Source of the DNA: Ruminococcaceae bacterium UBA3215
Lineage (GTDB): Bacteria; Bacillota; Clostridia; Oscillospirales; Ruminococcaceae
DNA length: 64,000 nt
Direction of reading: 5' to 3'
Assembly: GCA_002363155.1 (NCBI GenBank)
Contig: DEWH01000005.1
Location: 44,005-108,004 of the forward strand
Within the stretch, counting starts at the first letter, position 1; every line of letters begins with the position of its first letter. The translations under genes and the position numbers were made by a program. Below the pieces are notes generated by a model. It was not told the DNA's origin. It saw nothing but the letters and a program-made list of their open reading frames with translations, and did not search any database. This document shows positions 57,420 through 64,000 of this stretch, piece after piece.

Positions 57420-58139
57420 ATGAAAATAATGAAACGGCTGCTGCCCTTATATATTATAATGGTATACTGCATTACCGCTTTTACAGGCTGCAGCGGCGCG
57501 AACTACGAGGGCAAAGACCTTGTGGACAGGGCGAAAAAGATCCATACGGATCAAGATGCCGCGCATATCACCGTGTCGGACAGGACTACCTATGAAGTGC
57601 TCCAGGAGATCACATACCGATTTGAGGGCGATGTGATGCAGTATATGTACATAGGGCGCGATATCGAGACCGGCAGGGAATACTATGAGTTCAACAGCGG
57701 AAATGAGCTTGATACATGGCAGACCGGCGATTACGGCTGGAACGCTGTCGCAAGGGGCAGCGAAGGGTACTACAACTACTCCCGCGCGAAACGTCACTAC
57801 TTCGCGGACGGTGACCTTCTGCTCAACGACTACTCCTCTGCGGTAAAGAGCGCCGAGATCAGAAACGAGGTGGGCGGACTCAAACGGGTATGCCTGCAAT
57901 ACGATGACAGCAGAATAGCGCAGTATGAGCAGATGTCCGGTGTTACAGGATATCGGGAACAGTATGGGTTTGATCCGGTCTTCCATGACGGGCAGTGTAT
58001 TAATATGCTTGTGACGTATCAGAAGGACGGCAGGGAGTATTCATACGAGATCGATATAGAATACTGCGATCCGGAAGAACCGATAAAACGAGTCGGACTG
58101 CCTGCGGTTTCCGGGGAAATAACGGAGAATGCGCAATGA
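57420..58139 (+). CDS. Hypothetical lipoprotein
   Basis: FTGC lipobox; AGGAG RBS. Confidence 0.7.
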   Translation: MKIMKRLLPLYIIMVYCITAFTGCSGANYEGKDLVDRAKKIHTDQDAAHITVSDRTTYEVLQEITYRFEGDVMQYMYIGRDIETGREYYEFNSGNELDTWQTGDYGWNAVARGSEGYYNYSRAKRHYFADGDLLLNDYSSAVKSAEIRNEVGGLKRVCLQYDDSRIAQYEQMSGVTGYREQYGFDPVFHDGQCINMLVTYQKDGREYSYEIDIEYCDPEEPIKRVGLPAVSGEITENAQ

Positions 58140-58774
58140 CAAATAACACTGTAAAAAAGACCGCGCTTATTCTCAATGCAGCTGCTTTTGTGTGCGGAAC
58201 GATCGGGATAATCGTAAGAGTGGCGCGCAATATCCCGGATTTCTTCCTGTACTACACCCAGCTCTCGAATGTTGCGGCAGTTATCGGTTCTGCGCTGTTC
58301 ATAGCTTTCCGGAACACCGGAAATGCACGGCTCCGCACATTCGTCCGAGGCGCGAGATATCTTTCGGCATGCGGACTTACGATGACATTTCTCGTGGTTA
58401 TGTGCATTTTTATCCCGTTCGGAGACACTCCGGCAATGATAAGCCGGCTTCTCGGACACGTCAACGGATTTATGCACCACCTCGTATGCCCGGTCATATC
58501 GGTGATCTCGTATGTGTGGTTCGAGGAAGGCGTAAAGACAAGAAAAGCGATACTTATCCCGTTTATTGCCACGGCAATATATGCGTTCACGGTGTATGCG
58601 CTGAATTTTCTGCGGCTTGCACCGGCTCCGTACCCGTTCTTTGAGGTGTACGATCACCCGGTACCGGAGCTGATAGCGTGGTTTTTCGGACTTATGCTGC
58701 TGGTAGCGGCAATCGGAACGGTTATAAGACTTGCAAATCTCAAACTCAGCAAAGCAAAGGAGAAAACGATATGA
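58136..58774 (+). CDS. Pr6Pr-like integral membrane protein
   Basis: YYTQLSN, HHLVCP and PYPFF motifs; about six TM segments. Confidence 0.7.
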   Translation: MTNNTVKKTALILNAAAFVCGTIGIIVRVARNIPDFFLYYTQLSNVAAVIGSALFIAFRNTGNARLRTFVRGARYLSACGLTMTFLVVMCIFIPFGDTPAMISRLLGHVNGFMHHLVCPVISVISYVWFEEGVKTRKAILIPFIATAIYAFTVYALNFLRLAPAPYPFFEVYDHPVPELIAWFFGLMLLVAAIGTVIRLANLKLSKAKEKTI

Positions 58775-58980
58775 AATGCAGTAACTGCGGCAGCGAGAAC
58801 TGCTACATCATCAATGAAGTGCATGAAAGCGGACGCGACTATTACGGCGGAAGAGGCTGTCTCGGCTATCTTATCCTCGGACCGGTGGGACTGCTGTGCG
58901 GTCTCTGCGGAAAAGGCAGGGAGACAAAGAACACGAATTACTGGGTCTGCAACAACTGCGGCAGAAAGTGGAAGGCATGA
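58771..58980 (+). CDS. 69-aa split zinc-ribbon protein with central Gly-rich hydrophobic segment
   Basis: MKCSNCGS...GCLGYLILGPVGLLCGLCG...CNNCG; AAGGAG RBS. Confidence 0.75.
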   Translation: MKCSNCGSENCYIINEVHESGRDYYGGRGCLGYLILGPVGLLCGLCGKGRETKNTNYWVCNNCGRKWKA

Positions 58981-59339
58981 CGCGGGACGAACTCTGGATA
59001 AAGGCAATGAGTCTCGGAGCGGCAGCCGGGTGTCATCAGATGCCGGAGCGCAGTTTCTTTATCGGCGGGTATCAGATGCCGGTGTGCGCGCGCTGTACCG
59101 GGGTATTTCTCGGGCAATGCGCGGCTTTCGCGGTGCTTATTTGCAGGAAGCGTGTCCCGGCGTGGGCGGCGGCTGTGCTGCTGCTGACAATGGGTGCGGA
59201 CTGGTTCGCGCAGTATATCGGACTGCGGGAATCGACGAATCCGCGCCGGCTCGTTACGGGAGTACTGGGCGGAATGGGAGTCGTTTTTCTGTGGTCGTCA
59301 GCGGTAAGGGCTGTAATTAACGGAATAAAAAATAAGTGA
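58977..59339 (+). CDS. DUF2085-like membrane protein
   Basis: CHQMPERSF, PVCARCTG and STNPRRLVTG motifs. Confidence 0.8.
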   Translation: MTRDELWIKAMSLGAAAGCHQMPERSFFIGGYQMPVCARCTGVFLGQCAAFAVLICRKRVPAWAAAVLLLTMGADWFAQYIGLRESTNPRRLVTGVLGGMGVVFLWSSAVRAVINGIKNK

Positions 59340-59545
59340 ACCGGCGGGTGTCGGTTCACTTTTCTGTATATTTGCTGTTTGTTCTTCCGAGGATATAGTC
59401 TGTTGAAACATTGTAGAAATCGGCAAGTTTAATGCTCCGGTTTGTTATAATTGCACAAATGCAGCTTTATATTTTCTCGAAAATTCTACATCTGAAATTT
59501 TCAAAAAATATTGCTATTTATAGAAAAATAATGTATAATACTTCT

Positions 59546-59807
59546 TGCACGCTGTAAATGCGTTGAAACCGAAGGTTGCACCGGAAGGTGGGAATTTCGG
59601 CGGAGTATGCGGGGTCACGAATCCCGCGAAAGGCTTTTACCCGCACAATGAAGCGGGGAAGGGTCCGCCAGTGACGGATACCCCCTGCAAGTGTTCCATA
59701 TCCCGGCGAGATATCGTCAGGCAGGGAACACACGATATAGTGTAAGCGTAAAACAGCCTTCCCGGACACATAATCAAGTGCAAATATTACGAAAGGGGTA
59801 AACTACA
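59546..59807 (+). promoter_or_regulatory. Long structured leader of the S10 operon (candidate ribosomal-protein leader)
   Basis: Promoter TTGCTA-17-TATAAT (59511-59539), then about 260 nt of GC-rich, hairpin-rich leader. Confidence 0.55.
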
Positions 59808-60119
59808 GTGGCAGCAAAGGAAGTTGTAAGAGTTAAGATCAAGGGCTATGAACACGGAATCGTTGATGCGGCAGCGGCAAAGATCGTTGAGACCGCAAAG
59901 AGAACAGGTTCGAGAGTTGCAGGACCTATCCCGCTTCCCACAAACAAGGAAGTCATCACGATCCTTCGTGCAGTTCACAAGTACAAGGACAGCCGTGAAC
60001 AGTTCGAGCTCAGAACTCACAAGCGTCTTATCGACGTAATCCGTCCGACAAACAAGACCATAGAAGCTCTCCAGAGTCTTGAATTGCCGGCAGGCGTAGA
60101 AATTTCCATGGAATTCTAA
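59808..60119 (+). CDS. rpsJ: 30S ribosomal protein S10
   Basis: GPIPLPT and [11 protein letters not shown] motifs. Confidence 0.97.
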   Translation: MAAKEVVRVKIKGYEHGIVDAAAAKIVETAKRTGSRVAGPIPLPTNKEVITILRAVHKYKDSREQFELRTHKRLIDVIRPTNKTIEALQSLELPAGVEISMEF

Positions 60120-60266
60120 GCGATTCCCCACCGCGCACTTTCAAAAGTGCCAAAGAAAAGAAGTTTCGAGTTATGTCGGGTCACCCCGACCGCTAACCAA
60201 GGCAGACACGCTGCACTTGGTCACGTTGAGACAATGCTCAACCAATAACCAATAGGAGGAAAAACC

Positions 60267-60899
60267 ATGAAAAAAGGTTTGATCGCAAAGAAGATCGGTA
60301 TGACACAGATCTTTGACGAAGCGGGAAACGTTGTTCCCGTAACGGTAGTTGAAGCAGGCCCGTGTGTAGTCGTTCAGAAGAAAACGACCGAGAACGACGG
60401 ATACGAGGCAGTTCAGCTCGGCTTCGGCGACGTATCGCCCAAGCACACAAACAAGCCCATGCAGGGACATTTCAAGAAGAACGATGTGCCTTTCAAGAAG
60501 ACACTCAAGGAGTTCAGACTTGACGATATCTCCGGCATGAACGTAGGCGACATTCTCAAGGCCGATACTTTCGCGGCAGGAGACGTTATCGACGTTCAGG
60601 GCACAAGCAAAGGTAAAGGCTATCAGGGTGCTGTAAAGCGTCACAACCAGCACAGACTTAAGATGACACACGGTGCAGGCCCCGTGCACAGAGAGCCCGG
60701 CTCTATGGGCGCGTGCTCCTCGCCTTCGAGAATCTTCCCCGGCAAGGGAATGCCCGGTCACATGGGCGTGGACACTGTAACGGTCCAGAACCTCGTAGTC
60801 GTTAAAGTTGACGCGGAAAACAATCTTATCGCAATCAAGGGTGCTGTTCCCGGTCCTAAGGGCGGAGTGCTTTGCATTACTGATGCGGTTAAGGCGTAA
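60267..60899 (+). CDS. rplC: 50S ribosomal protein L3
   Basis: KIGMTQIF and SKGKGYQG motifs. Confidence 0.97.
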   Translation: MKKGLIAKKIGMTQIFDEAGNVVPVTVVEAGPCVVVQKKTTENDGYEAVQLGFGDVSPKHTNKPMQGHFKKNDVPFKKTLKEFRLDDISGMNVGDILKADTFAAGDVIDVQGTSKGKGYQGAVKRHNQHRLKMTHGAGPVHREPGSMGACSSPSRIFPGKGMPGHMGVDTVTVQNLVVVKVDAENNLIAIKGAVPGPKGGVLCITDAVKA

Positions 60900-60913
60900 G
60901 GAGGAGGATCACT

Positions 60914-61537
60914 ATGGCAAACGTAAAAGTATATGATATGAACGGTCAGCCTGTTTCCGACCTCGAGCTTAATGATGCGGTATTCGGCATCGAACCGAAC
61001 GCTGTGGTAATGCATGCTGCGGTAGTTAATTACCTCGCAAATCAGCGTCAGGGTACACAGTCTACCCTCACAAGAACTGAGGTAAGCGGCGGCGGCAAAA
61101 AGCCCTGGAGACAGAAGGGTACAGGTCATGCAAGACAGGGCTCCACAAGATCTCCTCAGTGGAGACACGGCGGAGTTGCACTCGGACCCAAGCCCAGAAG
61201 CTACAGCTACTCATTAAATAAAAAGGTCAAGAGACTCGCTCTCCTTTCCGCTCTTTCGTCAAAGTGCGCTGACAACGACATAGTAGTAGTTGACGCAATC
61301 AAGACGGACGAGTTCAAGACAAAGACGATCGTGAATATGCTGAAGGCTCTGAAAGTTGACGAAAAGGCTCTTATCGTTCTCGATACAGCTGACAAGAAGG
61401 TCATCAAGAGCGCAGCAAATATCCCCGGTGTAAAGACCACTCAGTACAACACTCTCAATGTGTATGATATCCTTAACTACAACAAGTTTATCGTTGTAAA
61501 GGATGCGGTGGCAAAGATAGAGGAGGTATATGCGTAA
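60914..61537 (+). CDS. rplD: 50S ribosomal protein L4
   Basis: [14 protein letters not shown] motif. Confidence 0.97.
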   Translation: MANVKVYDMNGQPVSDLELNDAVFGIEPNAVVMHAAVVNYLANQRQGTQSTLTRTEVSGGGKKPWRQKGTGHARQGSTRSPQWRHGGVALGPKPRSYSYSLNKKVKRLALLSALSSKCADNDIVVVDAIKTDEFKTKTIVNMLKALKVDEKALIVLDTADKKVIKSAANIPGVKTTQYNTLNVYDILNYNKFIVVKDAVAKIEEVYA

Positions 61538-61833
61538 TGGAAAGAACAGCACAAGACATTATCGTACGTCCGATAATCACCGAAAGATCGATGGAAGGCA
61601 TCGCAGACCGCAAGTACACATTCAGAGTTGCGAATTTTGCGAACAAGATCGAAATAAAGAAGGCTGTCGAGAAGCTCTTCGGCGTTAAAGTCGAAAAAGT
61701 GAACACGATAAGCGTAAAAGGCAAGAAGAAAAGAATGGGCAGAAGCGAGGGATATACCTCCGACTGGAAAAAGGCTATCGTAACACTCACAGCCGATTCC
61801 AAGACCATCGAGTTCTTCGACGGAATGATATAA
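61537..61833 (+). CDS. rplW: 50S ribosomal protein L23
   Basis: PIITE, ANKIEIK and WKKAIV motifs. Confidence 0.96.
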   Translation: MERTAQDIIVRPIITERSMEGIADRKYTFRVANFANKIEIKKAVEKLFGVKVEKVNTISVKGKKKRMGRSEGYTSDWKKAIVTLTADSKTIEFFDGMI

Positions 61834-61846
61834 GGAGTGAAGATAA

Positions 61847-62680
61847 ATGGCTATAAAGACATATAAGCCCGTCACCCCCGGCAGACGCGGAATGACGGTC
61901 ATTGATTACAGCGGCTTATCTAAGGTCGCTCCCGAGAGAAGTCTTCTCGAAACTCTCAAAAAGCATTCCGGACGCAACAGCTACGGACGTATCACAGTCA
62001 GACATAAGGGCGGCGGAAACAGAAGAAAGTACAGAGTTATCGACTTCAAGAGAAATAAGATCGGTATGTTTGCGGAAGTTAAGACGATCGAATACGATCC
62101 CAACCGTTCCGCATTCATCGCTCTCGTTGAGTACGAGGACGGCGAGAAGAGATATATCCTCGCTCCCGAAAAGCTCGGCGTAGGCGACAAGGTAAGAAGC
62201 GGCGCTGATGCTGATATCAAGCCCGGCAACGCTCTCCCGCTCGCTAATATCCCGGTAGGTACGATCGTTCACAACATCGAGCTTCACCCCGGAAAGGGCG
62301 CTCAGCTCGTTCGTTCCGCAGGAAACATGGCACAGCTCATGGCTAAGGAGAACGGTATGGCTCTCCTGAGACTCCCCAGCGGCGAACTCAGAAATGTTGC
62401 CGAGAACTGCATGGCTACCATCGGTGTAGTAAGCAATGCCGATCACGCTAACGTAAACTACGGTAAGGCCGGACGCATCAGACACATGGGCGTAAGACCT
62501 ACTGTAAGAGGTTCCGTAATGAACCCGAATGACCACCCGCACGGCGGTGGTGAAGGTAAGTCTCCTGTAGGACGTCCCGGCCCTGTAACTCCGTGGGGCA
62601 AGCCCGCTCTCGGTTACAAGACCAGAAAGACAAACAACAGAACAGACAAGTTCATCGTAAAGAGAAGAAACGACAAGTAA
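61847..62680 (+). CDS. rplB: 50S ribosomal protein L2
   Basis: EYDPNRS and [13 protein letters not shown] motifs. Confidence 0.97.
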   Translation: MAIKTYKPVTPGRRGMTVIDYSGLSKVAPERSLLETLKKHSGRNSYGRITVRHKGGGNRRKYRVIDFKRNKIGMFAEVKTIEYDPNRSAFIALVEYEDGEKRYILAPEKLGVGDKVRSGADADIKPGNALPLANIPVGTIVHNIELHPGKGAQLVRSAGNMAQLMAKENGMALLRLPSGELRNVAENCMATIGVVSNADHANVNYGKAGRIRHMGVRPTVRGSVMNPNDHPHGGGEGKSPVGRPGPVTPWGKPALGYKTRKTNNRTDKFIVKRRNDK

Positions 62681-62821
62681 TCAACCGAATGCCGTTAAGA
62701 TCCCGCCCGGGCGGCGGATCACGGCTCAAGCTGCTGTTAATAAGGGTGCGTGGCGCCGGCAGAACGGTGCGTAAAGCGTATCTCGTTAACTTGCAGCAAA
62801 GCTTGAAAGGAAATAATAATC

Positions 62822-63097
62822 ATGAGCAGAAGCATAAAGAAAGGCCCTTATGTCCAGGAAGCCCTCTACAAGCGCGTTCTCGCTATGAACGAGGCTAACG
62901 AGAAGAAGGTTCTCAAGACATGGAGCCGCTCCAGCACAATATTCCCCGATTTCGTAGGCCACACGATCGCAGTCCATGACGGACGCAAGCATGTGCCGGT
63001 TTATATCACAGAGGATATGGTAGGTCATAAGCTCGGCGAGTTCGCTCCCACAAGAACATTCAAGGGTCATGTGGGCAGCAAGACCACCAAGAAGTAA
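62822..63097 (+). CDS. rpsS: 30S ribosomal protein S19
   Basis: KTWSR and [11 protein letters not shown] motifs. Confidence 0.97.
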   Translation: MSRSIKKGPYVQEALYKRVLAMNEANEKKVLKTWSRSSTIFPDFVGHTIAVHDGRKHVPVYITEDMVGHKLGEFAPTRTFKGHVGSKTTKK

Positions 63098-63110
63098 GGA
63101 GGAGAAACGA

Positions 63111-63446
63111 ATGGAAGCAAGAGCTGAATTAAGACAGGTTCGTATTTCTCCCCGTAAGGTAGGAATCGTCCTCGATCTGATCAGAAATAAACCCTGCGAA
63201 ACAGCTATGGCTATACTCAAGAACACTCCCAAGGCAGCTTGCGAGCCCCTTGAAAAGCTCTTAAAGTCCGCTATGGCAAACGCAGAAAACAACCACAATA
63301 TGGATCTCAGCCGCTGCTACGTTGCTGAAGCACACTGCGGCGCGGGCGTAACTCTCAAGAGGATCAGACCCGCAGCTAAGGGCAGCGCACACTGGATCTT
63401 AAAGAGAACGTCCAACATCGTTCTGGTCGTTAAGGAATCGGAATAA
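63111..63446 (+). CDS. rplV: 50S ribosomal protein L22
   Basis: RISPRK and SAMANAENN motifs. Confidence 0.96.
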   Translation: MEARAELRQVRISPRKVGIVLDLIRNKPCETAMAILKNTPKAACEPLEKLLKSAMANAENNHNMDLSRCYVAEAHCGAGVTLKRIRPAAKGSAHWILKRTSNIVLVVKESE

Positions 63447-63458
63447 GGAGGTAAACAC

Positions 63459-64000
63459 ATGGGACAAAAAGTTAATCCGCACGGTCTCAGAGTAGGCGTA
63501 ATCAAGGATTGGGATTCCCGCTGGTTTGCCGGAAAATCAACCTTTGGCGACACTCTCGTTGAAGACTACAAGATCCGTGAATTTCTTAAGAAAAAGCTTT
63601 ATAAGGCAGGCATCCCCTCTATCGAGATCGAAAGAGACGCTGCTAAGGTAAAGGTAAATATCTCCTGCGCAAAGCCCGGTATGGTTATCGGTCAGAAGGG
63701 CGCAGAGATAGATAAGCTCAGAACAGAGCTCGAAAAGCTCACAAACGGCAAGACCGTTCTCGTAAACATCATCGAGATCAAGAACCCTGACCTCTCCGCA
63801 CAGCTCGTTGCTGAGAACATCGCTTCCCAGCTCGAAGCCCGCGTATCCTTCAGACGTGCTATGAAGTCCTGCATCGGCAGAACAATGAAGCTCGGCGCAA
63901 AGGGTATCAAGACTCAGGTCGCAGGCCGTCTCGGCGGTGCCGAGATCGCACGTTCCGAGAGCTACCACGAGGGTACTATCCCGCTGCAGACACTCCGTGC
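63459..64000 (+). CDS. rpsC: 30S ribosomal protein S3 (partial)
   Basis: Hand translation [13 protein letters not shown]...[10 protein letters not shown]. Confidence 0.96.
   Translation, partial: MGQKVNPHGLRVGVIKDWDSRWFAGKSTFGDTLVEDYKIREFLKKKLYKAGIPSIEIERDAAKVKVNISCAKPGMVIGQKGAEIDKLRTELEKLTNGKTVLVNIIEIKNPDLSAQLVAENIASQLEARVSFRRAMKSCIGRTMKLGAKGIKTQVAGRLGGAEIARSESYHEGTIPLQTLR

Noticed and set aside
59546-59807. S10 leader as RNase P RNA, tmRNA or SRP RNA, or as the 66-aa ORF
   Set aside because: Lacks their hallmark terminal or core sequences; the ORF has no RBS or motif

Overview
Core-genome window from a spore-forming Clostridia member, probably Oscillospiraceae/Ruminococcus-like (inferred from gene content). 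It carries leuS (partial), galM, an MBOAT gene diverging from a polysaccharide deacetylase and bactofilin, rpe, mecA, an atypical rnfD/E/A-like trio, yajC, pdaA, glyQS, ilvE, a GH36 alpha-galactosidase, ung, an orphan pilT with a cobU-like gene, an ECF sigma/anti-sigma pair, an ABC-F, a reduced dcw cluster (mraZ to ftsZ), rimM-trmD, HPr and the start of the S10 operon. I saw no tRNA, rRNA, CRISPR array, integrase or transposase. Best leads: (1) an RnfD/E/A-like membrane trio with no RnfC/G/B nearby that appears to have lost its FMN and Fe-S ligands; (2) an array of 23-bp palindromes in a 1.4-kb intergenic region; (3) an unannotated 35-aa type I toxin with a convergent antisense RNA; (4) several families of modular, hairpin-rich intergenic repeats, one with covarying stems, plus two nested elements of about 325 nt; (5) a switch-like structured leader before an Ig-domain gene. 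All calls come from reading the sequence; no searches or folding programs were run.
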